Of a stretch of 61,842 nucleotides of DNA, positions 10,322-19,780 are shown piece by piece. Within the stretch, counting starts at the first letter, position 1. Every line of letters starts with the position of its first letter. The position numbers and the translations under genes were made by a program. The notes beneath the pieces were generated by a model that worked only from the letters and a program-made list of their open reading frames with translations, did no database searches and was not told where the DNA came from. Origin of the DNA: a virus (lineage: Duplodnaviria; Caudoviricetes); IMG/VR virus record IMGVR_UViG_3300009466_000202, positions 1 through 61,842 of that record. One strand, written 5' to 3'.

Positions 10322-11785
10322 ATGGCATATACAGTTAACAAAACAGATGGTTCGGTAGTCACAACTATAGTTGATGGTACTATTGATAACACCACTTCAT
10401 TAACACTTTTTGGTAAAAGTTATTCAGGTTTTGGTGAATTATTGAACGAAGATTTAGTAAAATTATTAGAAAATTCAGCGTCAACCTCATCTCCGATTGC
10501 ACCACTAACTGGTGAATTATGGTTTGACACGTCGACAAAGCAAATAAAAGTTTATGATGGATCGAGTTTTAAACCAACAGGCGGTGCGAAATCACAGTCA
10601 TCAGCGCCGAGTTCTCCATCCTCTGGAGACCTATGGACAGATTCGTCAAACAATCAATTGTATTTTTATACAGGATCTGCTTGGCAACTAGTAGGACCAC
10701 TTTACACTTCAGGACAGACACTATCGGGTTGGAAAATTGAAACAATCAACAATTCATTGGGTGTCGCCAAAGTAATCAGTTCGATGTATAATGGCAATCA
10801 AAGAGTTGCAATTTTAAGCACAGAGACTTTCACTCCGGCATCTCCTCCAACAGGGTTTGCTGAAATTTATGCGGGTATCACTCTTAATTCTACATTAGGA
10901 GCAAAATTTGCCGGAACAACAGATTCGGCATCCTATGTTGACATATCAGGGACAACAAATACTTCTGCTACACTAATTGCCGGTGGTAACTTTTTAAGAT
11001 CCGATACAGCAGACACAACTACAGGAAGAATTACAATCCTTTCCGACGAGGGATTAGTACTAGGCGCAAGTTCAGATTTAGAGTTAACAGTATCAGGGAT
11101 TAATTCTACAATCAGAAATACATCAACCAACGGAAATTTAAATCTTGGCATCAATTACGGAGGAGATCCTAGAACTCCAATAGTTCTTGATGGTACAAAT
11201 AATAGAGTAGGAATATTCACAAGTTCTCCTACTGTTCCTTTAGAAATCACAGGTGATGTTAAAATCACAGGTAATCTAACCATCTCGGGAGAATATAATT
11301 CTTCAACATCAAATGTCAGTACGTATGATGACGTCTATATTAAAGTCAACAACGGAAATGCCACTGATGCGGATTCGGGATTAATAGTTGAAAAGGCAAC
11401 CGGTGATGCAAGAATGTATTGGAATTCAACAGCCGGACAATGGTATGCTGGTACAGGTACATATTCGCAAGTTATTAGATTAGCAGACGCAGTCGTCGAC
11501 GGTGATGCCAACAAAGAAAAAGTTTTAAAAACAGATTCATCAGGAAATGTTATAGTGACAACAGTAACATTGGCTAACGTTGGATCAAATATATCTACAT
11601 CATCTACTTCTAACAAAGTTGTTGCTACAGTTGGACAAGTAGCAGAATCTATCACTAGATGGGGTGGTAGTGTTATAACAGCCGACGGTAGTAATACAGT
11701 GGCCGGAAAGAGATATATTGAAACTGTCGCTCCTACTGATGCTCAGGGCGATGACGGAGATCTTTGGTTCGTAAGGGAGTCGTAA
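10322..11785 (+). CDS. Tail fibre/baseplate-attached protein, paralogue 2
   Basis: Shared N-terminal module (MAYTVNKTDGS..GKSYSGFGE..LLENSAS..GELWFD); RVGIFTSSPTVPLEITG motif; C-terminal APTDAQGDDGDLWF. Confidence 0.7.
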   Translation: MAYTVNKTDGSVVTTIVDGTIDNTTSLTLFGKSYSGFGELLNEDLVKLLENSASTSSPIAPLTGELWFDTSTKQIKVYDGSSFKPTGGAKSQSSAPSSPSSGDLWTDSSNNQLYFYTGSAWQLVGPLYTSGQTLSGWKIETINNSLGVAKVISSMYNGNQRVAILSTETFTPASPPTGFAEIYAGITLNSTLGAKFAGTTDSASYVDISGTTNTSATLIAGGNFLRSDTADTTTGRITILSDEGLVLGASSDLELTVSGINSTIRNTSTNGNLNLGINYGGDPRTPIVLDGTNNRVGIFTSSPTVPLEITGDVKITGNLTISGEYNSSTSNVSTYDDVYIKVNNGNATDADSGLIVEKATGDARMYWNSTAGQWYAGTGTYSQVIRLADAVVDGDANKEKVLKTDSSGNVIVTTVTLANVGSNISTSSTSNKVVATVGQVAESITRWGGSVITADGSNTVAGKRYIETVAPTDAQGDDGDLWFVRES

Positions 11786-11789
11786 TCCC

Positions 11790-13235
11790 ATGCCAGAAAT
11801 TATCAAAACATTAAATTACACAGGTACAGTTCAAAGTACAGTTATTCCTGCGGGTGCCGCATCGGTAACAGTTAAGTTATGGGGCGGCGGTGGTGGAGGC
11901 GGTGGAAGTGATTCCTCTGGCCCAGGTAGACCGGGAGCGGGTGGACAATATTTAGAATCTACTATTGATTTGACAGGTAATGTTGGAAACACATTAACAA
12001 TCGGCGTCGGTGGTGGAGGAGGCGGTGGATCATCGGGTGGTGGAGCCGCTGGTGGTACCAATGGTAAGAGTTTAACAGGGTATTCAGGTGGACGAGGAGG
12101 AAACTCGGGTCCAGCACCATTCTCAGGAGCAGGAGGTGGTGGAGGAGGAGCCACAGTAGTTTTATTAAACGGAACGCTTGTAGCAGTTGCCGGCGGCGGA
12201 GGAGGAGGTGCCGGCGATGGGCAACATTCTACTGGTACTCCGGGTATTGCAACAAATTCAGCCACATCAAATACACCAGGCACGTTGGGAGAAAACGGTG
12301 CTGATCACTCAGGCGACGGAGCCGGGGGTGGCGGTGGTGGTGGTGGAGCCGACGGCGGTCGAGGTGGTTCGGGAGGATCTGGTGATAATGGAGGTACTGG
12401 TGGTTATTCAGGATCAAGTGGTACTTCGGGTACTTTAATTGTAACATCTCCGGCATCAGGACGAACACCTGCAGGATCTCCACCTTCTGGAATAGCAAAT
12501 GGAGCCTCGGCAAGTTCATCAGGCGCCAACGGGTTGGCAATATTAGTGTTTACTATAGGAACAGATACCTATACCAAAGTAGGTGGCACCTGGAAAAAAA
12601 TTAAAGCAAAGGTCGACTCCGATGGAGGATCGGGAATAAGATTTAAAAAAGACGGCGTGTGGCATAATATTAAAGAAGTTTATGCTAAAATTGGCGGAAC
12701 TTGGAAAGCGGTATTTAATGCTGGAATAGATTTTATTAGTAACGCTTCAGGATTTGGAGACAATGTAGGTACTGCATCATCGGGTACACCAGGATCCGGT
12801 GGCGGATGTTTCCTTGCAGGCACATTGATCACAATGGCAGATGGTTCAACTAAACCAGTCGAACAAGTAGATCTAAGAGATGAAGTTGCTGTGGGAGGAT
12901 ACGTATTTGCTACAGGTAAGTTTTTAATTGATAATCTCTATGACTATAAAGGTATAAAAGTGTCAGGTGAGCATATGGTAAAAGAAAATGGTAATTGGAT
13001 GAGGGTCAAAGATAGTTCTTACGCTGTATCAATGGGAGACGACGAACACATAGTATACGTTTTTGGAACAGAGTATAGAAGAATCGTTATTAATGGTATA
13101 GAGTTTACTGACTATTTTGAAATAAGTGAGAAAGAAGAATTATACAATCACGGTGATAAATTTTTTGGTATTTGGCAAGAACATGATAGACAAATTCATG
13201 ATGAAAATGTTAAAATACTGAATGATGGAAATTAG
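11790..13235 (+). CDS. Glycine-rich fibre/receptor-binding-like protein with C-terminal Hint domain
   Basis: WGGGGGGG...AGGGGG Gly-rich domain and KVGGTWK/KIGGTWK repeats, then G|CFLAGTLITMADGSTKPVEQV (Hint block A, Cys340 at nt 12807) and VSGEH (block B-like). Confidence 0.75.
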   Translation: MPEIIKTLNYTGTVQSTVIPAGAASVTVKLWGGGGGGGGSDSSGPGRPGAGGQYLESTIDLTGNVGNTLTIGVGGGGGGGSSGGGAAGGTNGKSLTGYSGGRGGNSGPAPFSGAGGGGGGATVVLLNGTLVAVAGGGGGGAGDGQHSTGTPGIATNSATSNTPGTLGENGADHSGDGAGGGGGGGGADGGRGGSGGSGDNGGTGGYSGSSGTSGTLIVTSPASGRTPAGSPPSGIANGASASSSGANGLAILVFTIGTDTYTKVGGTWKKIKAKVDSDGGSGIRFKKDGVWHNIKEVYAKIGGTWKAVFNAGIDFISNASGFGDNVGTASSGTPGSGGGCFLAGTLITMADGSTKPVEQVDLRDEVAVGGYVFATGKFLIDNLYDYKGIKVSGEHMVKENGNWMRVKDSSYAVSMGDDEHIVYVFGTEYRRIVINGIEFTDYFEISEKEELYNHGDKFFGIWQEHDRQIHDENVKILNDGN

Positions 13236-13899
13236 TTTTTTTCAAGGTAAACAAGGCGAGTGTTTTAAAGAATTAGAACACAATTTCAACAAGATCAAAC
13301 AAGAATATATCAACAAGGTAGACAAAGTTTTTCTTGATCCAGAAGATTTCAGTGATGGAGTGAGAGGTCTTGCTGATGATTTTTCAGAAACAGATCGTCC
13401 GGGAGATTATGTCAAGGGAGATTGGCGTGCATTGGGTATCAGTTCTGGAGACCACGAAGGGCAGGCCTACGAAGATTTTCCAACACTTTATGATATATTG
13501 AGGAAGTTTCCGTACAAAACCAATGTTGCGTTCATGGTAGTGGGACCAAATACCAGCATAGGTACGCATCAAGACGACGAAGGTGGCTGGAGATTCCAGA
13601 TGTGTTTTGACGATGGTGGTGGAACAGAAAGTGGAATGTACTATCAGGATCTGATAACCAAAGAAAAACGATTACACACATTCAAAACAGGTAATATGTT
13701 TGCCTTCAAACCCGGAGAACAACCACATAATGGATTTAATCGAAATCCGGGAGAAAGATTGACATTATTGATAGATTTTTACAAGGAATCAGAGTATACC
13801 CCCGAAGCATACGATGCCTATCTAAAAAATTATGATGAGAAGTTCGAAGGATTGAAAGAACTAGCGGAGTTGTATGAACAGCGAAAACAAAAAGCCTAA
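13222..13899 (+). CDS. Aspartyl/asparaginyl beta-hydroxylase-like Fe(II)/2OG dioxygenase
   Basis: HxD motif (IGTHQD), distal His (QPHNGFN) and RLTLLIDF end strand. Confidence 0.7.
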   Translation: MMEISFFQGKQGECFKELEHNFNKIKQEYINKVDKVFLDPEDFSDGVRGLADDFSETDRPGDYVKGDWRALGISSGDHEGQAYEDFPTLYDILRKFPYKTNVAFMVVGPNTSIGTHQDDEGGWRFQMCFDDGGGTESGMYYQDLITKEKRLHTFKTGNMFAFKPGEQPHNGFNRNPGERLTLLIDFYKESEYTPEAYDAYLKNYDEKFEGLKELAELYEQRKQKA

Positions 13900-14458
13900 A
13901 GTACTAGTAACAGGACACACTCGAGGAATTGGCAAAGCCGTATTCTATCTCCTCACAGAGGAAGGACATGATTGTCACGGAGTGAGCAAAAGTACAGGCG
14001 ATGATGTATTGGAGAAGGAAGATGCCATTGTTGATATGATTGAGGATTTTGACCACGTGGTGTTGAATGCCTATGCTGGTAGTTCGCAACTGAATATGCT
14101 CAAAAAAATAATTTACAGATACAAAGACCAACCAAAAAGAATCGCTGTGATAACCAGTACTAGCGGCACATCAGCGGGCGAGGACACAGATGATGCTGGC
14201 GGAGAAGATTACAGGGAATACAAAAAGCACAAGAGACAGTTGATTGACTATATCGGTGATATACAACAGTTGTTAATAGATAAACCTCTACATATTTTTG
14301 ATGTGTGTCCGGATACCGTTTACACAGACATGACAGTGGGATTATGGGAAGAATATCCAAAATTGCAACCACGAGATGTGGCAGAATGTGTGAGCTTGTG
14401 TTTTCGTACAAAATCATATAACATCAACAAGATAGTGATACAAAAAAATGCAAATTAG
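13874..14458 (+). CDS. Short-chain dehydrogenase/reductase-like protein
   Basis: VLVTGHTRGIG Rossmann motif, LNA and YxxxK (YKKHK). Confidence 0.75.
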   Translation: MNSENKKPKVLVTGHTRGIGKAVFYLLTEEGHDCHGVSKSTGDDVLEKEDAIVDMIEDFDHVVLNAYAGSSQLNMLKKIIYRYKDQPKRIAVITSTSGTSAGEDTDDAGGEDYREYKKHKRQLIDYIGDIQQLLIDKPLHIFDVCPDTVYTDMTVGLWEEYPKLQPRDVAECVSLCFRTKSYNINKIVIQKNAN

Positions 14459-14918
14459 ACCGTGGAATCTAGACAAAGATTATAACACCCTGGTGCATTG
14501 GTGGACGCAACATGAATTTGGCACAGTACCACAAGAATGCCTGCCACCCGACGGAATTATTGTGGAAAATGATGGTGTTCCTATCTGTGCAGGTGGACTA
14601 TATATCGGAATAGGCACACAATTTGCATTTATGGAATGGATTGTGGGCGATAAAAGAGCAGACAAGAAGAAGTTACACACAGCATTAAAACTGTGCATAG
14701 ACGCCATAATGGAACTTGCAAGAACAAAAAATATGCGTTTGGTGTTTACGGTGACGGCAGAGCAGGCACTACAGAAGCGTTATACTAAATTTCATGGCAT
14801 GGAATTGACCGAAAACAACGTCAAAACCTACCTTAAGGATCTCACAGGAAACACCTACAAAAATCTTGACTGGATCTCGGATGACACACAAATAAGCAAA
14901 CAAAGATCTAATAAATAG
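14448..14918 (+). CDS. Putative GNAT-like acyltransferase
   Basis: MQIRPW start, GIIVENDGVPICAGGLY strands and a size consistent with the GNAT fold; no diagnostic motif. Confidence 0.45.
   Translation: MQIRPWNLDKDYNTLVHWWTQHEFGTVPQECLPPDGIIVENDGVPICAGGLYIGIGTQFAFMEWIVGDKRADKKKLHTALKLCIDAIMELARTKNMRLVFTVTAEQALQKRYTKFHGMELTENNVKTYLKDLTGNTYKNLDWISDDTQISKQRSNK
14910..14917 (+). promoter_or_regulatory. Late-promoter-like motif AATAAATA
   Basis: Followed by RBS AAGGAG and ATG 14941. Confidence 0.5.
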
Positions 14919-14940
14919 CAGTAAGGAGAATTAACTTTCA

Positions 14941-15117
14941 ATGGCAACCAAAGCAGAAATAGCAGAATACATTAATAACAGTTGGTCTACTATTTGGTCA
15001 AAAGATAAAGAAGATAAAATTGATCAAATGCTGACTCCAGAATTGGCCGCTATTTTAATCAAATTGGTAGGAGATGTTGAGTTCCTAGTAGAAGTTAAAA
15101 ATAATAAGAGTAATTAA
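14941..15117 (+). CDS. Small hypothetical protein A (58 aa; not in ORF track)
   Basis: Hand-translated MATKAEIAEYINNSWSTIWSKDKEDKIDQMLTPELAAILIKLVGDVEFLVEVKNNKSN; strong AAGGAG RBS. Confidence 0.75.
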   Translation: MATKAEIAEYINNSWSTIWSKDKEDKIDQMLTPELAAILIKLVGDVEFLVEVKNNKSN

Positions 15118-15118
15118 T

Positions 15119-15292
15119 ATGGCTTTAACAAAACAACAAGTATCTGATTATATTAATCAACATTATCACGTTGTTCTGAATGAGTCGGAAATAAACAAAT
15201 TAAAAACTGCTATCACACCACAATTAGCAGAAATACTCATAGAGTTAGTAGGTGATGTTGTTTTTTTAATAGAGATTAGAGATAGAGGATAA
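15119..15292 (+). CDS. Small hypothetical protein B (57 aa; not in ORF track), paralogue of A
   Basis: Hand-translated MALTKQQVSDYINQHYHVVLNESEINKLKTAITPQLAEILIELVGDVVFLIEIRDRG; shares YIN and TPxLAxILIxLVGDVxFLxE with A. Confidence 0.75.
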   Translation: MALTKQQVSDYINQHYHVVLNESEINKLKTAITPQLAEILIELVGDVVFLIEIRDRG

Positions 15293-15297
15293 TAAAA

Positions 15298-16899
15298 ATG
15301 TCTTATACCATTAACAAAACCGACGGAACAAAATTAGTCACACTACAAGATGGCACGATTGATATCGAGACTAGTGACCTAGCATTATTCGGAAAAGGCT
15401 ATGCTGGATTTGGAGAAAGATTAAATGAAAACTTTGTTAAAATTTTAGAAAATTTTTCAAATAGTACCGCCCCGGCAAATAAACTCAAAGGTCAATTATG
15501 GTACGACACTATAGACAATCAGATAAAAGTTTGGACCGGTAACAAATTCAAACCTGTAGGTTCTAGTACAAATAGTTCTTCACAACCAACCAATTCTAAT
15601 ACGGGTGACACTTGGTTCGATACCAACAACAATCAGTTATATGTTTATAATGGTGTAACTTGGACATTAATTGGTCCAACAACGGTAGCAGGTTCTGGTG
15701 TAACACAAGTAGTGGCCGATACAATCAAAGATACTGTAGGAGTCAACAGATCGATTTTAAAATTTATTACAAACGATATCATCGTAGCAATCGTAAGTCA
15801 AACCCAATTCACACCACAAACGGCTATTCCTGGTTTTTCTACAATTTTTATTGGAATTACAATGAACTCTACAACACTGGCCGGTGCAAAATTTGTAGGA
15901 ACTTCTACAGATGCTGATGCATTAGATGGTGTATCTGGTTATTTAAAATTGACCGGAGGCACAATATCGGGAAGTCTCGTTGTCACAGGCAATTTAAATA
16001 TTGGATCGTCTTCACAAGTATCCCTAAAATTGGTCAGTGGAGATACCGTGCTTCAAAATGATTTTACAAATGGAGACATAATTTTTAACGTTGACAGTTC
16101 AGGAGTCCAGACAACAGCCCTTACTATAGATGGAACCACAGCAGGGGTTAACGTAGCCAATAATTTAACAGTAAACGGAAATCTAACAGTAAAAGGCACT
16201 CAAACAGTTATCAATACTCAGACGTTATCTATAGAAGATAACATTATTGAATTGAACAGAAATATTTCTACCTCGGCCGCGATGCCGACATATTCGGGAT
16301 TAAAAGTTAATAGAGGTGAGAACGTAGATGCCACAGAACAAGATTTATATTGGGTATGGGACGAGTCTTTTGCCGATGACGGAACAACGGCATATGGTAA
16401 TGCAGGAGGAGCCTGGACAGCATATAGAAGTCAAACAGATAATCTAGCAGTAAAAACACTTGTAGATGTAAGGGCAAACATAGTACACGCAACATCAACA
16501 TCGGCACAATATGCCGATTTGGCAGAACGTTATGAATCTGATATGCCTTTGGAGGTTGGTGATGTGGTAATTTTAGGTGGATCAAAAGAAGTTACTAAAT
16601 CCAGCAAAGAATTAGACAATGCTGTATTTGGAGTAGTTTCCGAAAATCCAGCATTTTTAATGAACAAGGACGCAGGAAATAATGAATCTCATCCTATGAT
16701 CGCACTAAAAGGACGAGTAAAGGTTAAATTAATAGGAACCGGCAAAAAGGGAGATCGTATTGTCAGTTCTAACGTGGCAGGAGTAGCAAAAACAGCACAT
16801 ATTGAAGATTGTACGCCGTTTAATGTGCTAGGAAGACTGTTATGTGATAAATATTCGGTAGAAACACAGTTAACTGAAGTTGCAATAGGAGTTAAATAA
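15298..16899 (+). CDS. Tail fibre protein, paralogue 3, with C-terminal Peptidase_G2-like (intramolecular chaperone) domain
   Basis: Shared N-terminal module; AQYADLAERY...VGDVVILGG...GVVS..PA...IALKGRVKVK...KGD.IVSS is the typical autocleaving chaperone pattern. Confidence 0.75.
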   Translation: MSYTINKTDGTKLVTLQDGTIDIETSDLALFGKGYAGFGERLNENFVKILENFSNSTAPANKLKGQLWYDTIDNQIKVWTGNKFKPVGSSTNSSSQPTNSNTGDTWFDTNNNQLYVYNGVTWTLIGPTTVAGSGVTQVVADTIKDTVGVNRSILKFITNDIIVAIVSQTQFTPQTAIPGFSTIFIGITMNSTTLAGAKFVGTSTDADALDGVSGYLKLTGGTISGSLVVTGNLNIGSSSQVSLKLVSGDTVLQNDFTNGDIIFNVDSSGVQTTALTIDGTTAGVNVANNLTVNGNLTVKGTQTVINTQTLSIEDNIIELNRNISTSAAMPTYSGLKVNRGENVDATEQDLYWVWDESFADDGTTAYGNAGGAWTAYRSQTDNLAVKTLVDVRANIVHATSTSAQYADLAERYESDMPLEVGDVVILGGSKEVTKSSKELDNAVFGVVSENPAFLMNKDAGNNESHPMIALKGRVKVKLIGTGKKGDRIVSSNVAGVAKTAHIEDCTPFNVLGRLLCDKYSVETQLTEVAIGVK

Positions 16900-16900
16900 C

Positions 16901-17869
16901 ATGGGATATAAAGCCGGTGAAACAATTTTAGACGATCAATATAACAATTTCGTCGCAAGTTCCTCATCACCATATGGAATCAATCACGTATTTGGTACAG
17001 GATCTTTACAATATGGATTAGGACAAACAGCATTAGCACAAACGTCGGCAGGAACGACAATCAGTGCTTCTCAATGGAACAGTTTATTTTCGGCAATGAA
17101 TAACGTTGCCAACCACACAAACGATTCAATAACATCAACAACATCAAGATCGGCCGGAGATCCTATTGCAGTTATTTCAGCACTGCAAGGAGATCTTAAT
17201 ACTTTGGCGGCATCAGTAGCGGCTGGGTCACCAAACGCAACAGCAATATCAACATCAGCGACTCTCGTGACATCGAATTCATCAACTAGATGGGCAGGAT
17301 CTCACGTAGTTGAACAATCGACAACGTTCTCAAATGCTAATCACATGAGATGGTTCTTTAATGCAGGCGGAAAAATTCAAATTAATTTATCGAGATTAGG
17401 AAATGGCGGTTCGTCAGCAACATCAAAAGATACTTCATTTGATCAATTGATTTCTGCTATTGGTACTTTTTTAATTAAATCTCAAACTTCTACAAGATCT
17501 GGATCAGGTGAAACCGTATCAACAAACGGATTGGCCAACGGATTTTATGATTTAGGTACAGGTTATACAACATTATTGAGATTGACTCAAGATTCTGGTA
17601 CATATACTTCTAACTACATACAGATTGAAGCGAAATTAAATGCGGCACCAGGCACTGCAACAGTAATCACTGTAAAAACATCATTAGTTGACGCCGATGG
17701 CGGAGACGGTACATTCACTTCTGGTAACACATCAGGCGTGGATCAGTATGCGAACTTCGTTGGACAGACTTCGGTTATATTAAAAAATGTTGATCCAACA
17801 ACTGCTGAAGGTCTTTCACAAGTTTACACAAGATCGGGTGCGGCGCAGGTAACTAACGCTACTGCTTAA
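16901..17869 (+). CDS. Virion structural protein (hypothetical)
   Basis: Ser/Thr-rich, RWFFNAGG motif; last gene of the structural module. Confidence 0.6.
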   Translation: MGYKAGETILDDQYNNFVASSSSPYGINHVFGTGSLQYGLGQTALAQTSAGTTISASQWNSLFSAMNNVANHTNDSITSTTSRSAGDPIAVISALQGDLNTLAASVAAGSPNATAISTSATLVTSNSSTRWAGSHVVEQSTTFSNANHMRWFFNAGGKIQINLSRLGNGGSSATSKDTSFDQLISAIGTFLIKSQTSTRSGSGETVSTNGLANGFYDLGTGYTTLLRLTQDSGTYTSNYIQIEAKLNAAPGTATVITVKTSLVDADGGDGTFTSGNTSGVDQYANFVGQTSVILKNVDPTTAEGLSQVYTRSGAAQVTNATA

Positions 17870-17902
17870 TAATTTTACCACTAGGATTTCTAGCCATAAT
17901 TA

Positions 17903-17911
17903 TGTTATAAT
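17903..17911 (+). promoter_or_regulatory. Extended -10 promoter (TGnTATAAT) heading the glycan cluster
   Basis: TGTTATAAT ends 6 nt before ATG 17918; no RBS and a poor -35. Confidence 0.45.
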
Positions 17912-17917
17912 TGTGGT

Positions 17918-18232
17918 ATGGACCTTTCTGAATTAAAAAAAGAATCAGATCTCAGTTTTGATATCGCAAATGCAAAAAAGAATGCATTGGAAAGAGCAGA
18001 ATCTAGGAAATTGATTGTTTATAACTATTCAATTTTCTCGGCCGATCCTGAGACAATCAATTTAGTAAATGTACTAAAGCAACATTTTGATACATTCATA
18101 ATATTAGACAATAATTCTAATCCTTGTAAAATTGATAATCCTGATGAATTTTTGAACATATTAATACAAAGAAATCAAGAGGCATTAAACGAATATCATC
18201 GGTTATACGAAACACTTAAAAGGAAATCTTAA
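17918..18232 (+). CDS. Hypothetical protein
   Basis: 104-aa ORF, translationally coupled to the next gene. Confidence 0.6.
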   Translation: MDLSELKKESDLSFDIANAKKNALERAESRKLIVYNYSIFSADPETINLVNVLKQHFDTFIILDNNSNPCKIDNPDEFLNILIQRNQEALNEYHRLYETLKRKS

Positions 18233-18981
18233 TGTCTGCCGGAGTACTGATTTATTGTTTTGATACTGATAAAATCAAGTACCATCTTACTACTAATTTT
18301 TGTATCAAACAAATCAAACAACATCTAAGTCTACCGGTCACTGTTGTTACTAATCTTGCTACAAAGGATTACATACAGGGAGCAGATTCTTTTGAAATAA
18401 TCGAAAATAAAAAAGGTAATAAAAGATTTTATAAAGGAGAAATAATAGATTGGTTTAACCTCGAAAGATCAAATGCCTATGAATATTCTCCGTATGATAT
18501 CACAATACTTTTAGATTCTGATTATTTTGTTTACACAGACAATCTTCTACAATTATTAGATTCAAAATATGATTTTTTATTACATAATAAAGTCTTTGAT
18601 CTTACTGGAAGATCAACATTCGAATACAAAAATAAATCCCTTATAGATCTTGTCTGGGCAACTGTTACAATCTTTAAAAAAAATTCTAAAACTAAAAAAA
18701 TATTTGATTTGATAAAACACATACAAAATAACTATCAGTATTTTTGCAATTTATATCGTATCGATTTTAAAAATTATCGTAATGACTATGCTTTTGCTAT
18801 AGCATTACATCAATTAAACATCAAAGATTTTATTCCTATTAAGATGTCTATGTTACCTGCAGATGCCAATATCATGGAAATTGACTCATACAACATAAAA
18901 TTTAGATGGTTAAATTCTTTTGGAACATTACAAAAACAAGATGTTCATGTATTAAACAAGGAGATACCATTCAATGTCTAA
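18232..18981 (+). CDS. GT-A-fold glycosyltransferase-like protein
   Basis: SPYDITILLDSD (DxD) and YRNDYAFAIAL; paralogous to the next gene. Confidence 0.65.
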   Translation: MSAGVLIYCFDTDKIKYHLTTNFCIKQIKQHLSLPVTVVTNLATKDYIQGADSFEIIENKKGNKRFYKGEIIDWFNLERSNAYEYSPYDITILLDSDYFVYTDNLLQLLDSKYDFLLHNKVFDLTGRSTFEYKNKSLIDLVWATVTIFKKNSKTKKIFDLIKHIQNNYQYFCNLYRIDFKNYRNDYAFAIALHQLNIKDFIPIKMSMLPADANIMEIDSYNIKFRWLNSFGTLQKQDVHVLNKEIPFNV

Positions 18982-19780
18982 GGGTTTTCTTTGGTTCGCA
19001 CAAAATAATAGTGATACCGACTATACTGAAATTAGTATTGAATTGGCAAAGTCTATTAAAAAATACAATAGAAAATCTGAGATTTGTGTTATTACAGATT
19101 CTAAAACACAAATCAAAAGTTCTCATATTGACATAGTAAAAATATTAGAGAACGATGAAAGCAAGGAAGACAAATTAAAATTTTCAAACGAATACAAAGC
19201 ATTTTCATTAACGCCTTTCGTTCACACTGTAAAATTGGAAGCAGATATGTTATTTACAAGTTCAACAGATTGGTGGTGGAATCATTTATGTCAGCATGAT
19301 ATGGTATTTTCTATTAATTGTAAAAATTACAAAGATGAGACAATAAAACATACGCCATATAGAAAACTTTTCGTGCAGAATTTTTTGCCTAATATATACA
19401 ATGGACTATTTTATTTTCGTAAAAGTCAGACTTCTAAAAAGTTTTTTGACATTTGTAAAACCTTAAGTAAAAATTGGACGGAAGTCAAACAAACATTTTT
19501 AATCAATTGTCACGACGAATATCCCACCACTGATGTAATTTATGCTCTTGCTCTAAGGATAATGGATCCTAGCAATAAAATGTTGATAGATTATCCTTGG
19601 TTTAAATTTATACACGGTAAACCCGGAATCAATTATGCAGAAATGGCATCGGAACAATACAATTATCTATATCCTGTGAGGACCGATGATAGAATTTATT
19701 TGGGCGGACAACGTTTGAATAGAATTTGGCACTATTATGAAAAAAATACAAAGGAGATTTTAAATGCCAGGGTTTTTTGA
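18974..19780 (+). CDS. GT-A-fold glycosyltransferase-like protein
   Basis: TPFVHTVKLEAD (ExD), NIYNGLFYF and PTTDVIYALAL. Confidence 0.6.
   Translation: MSKGFLWFAQNNSDTDYTEISIELAKSIKKYNRKSEICVITDSKTQIKSSHIDIVKILENDESKEDKLKFSNEYKAFSLTPFVHTVKLEADMLFTSSTDWWWNHLCQHDMVFSINCKNYKDETIKHTPYRKLFVQNFLPNIYNGLFYFRKSQTSKKFFDICKTLSKNWTEVKQTFLINCHDEYPTTDVIYALALRIMDPSNKMLIDYPWFKFIHGKPGINYAEMASEQYNYLYPVRTDDRIYLGGQRLNRIWHYYEKNTKEILNARVF

Noticed and set aside
11880-12420. GGN-rich repetitive DNA as a repeat array or CRISPR
   Set aside because: Explained by poly-Gly coding; there is no constant repeat with unique spacers.
12807-13235. A classical splicing intein or homing element
   Set aside because: There is no terminal His-Asn plus nucleophile and no endonuclease domain, so it is treated as a Hint autoprocessing domain.
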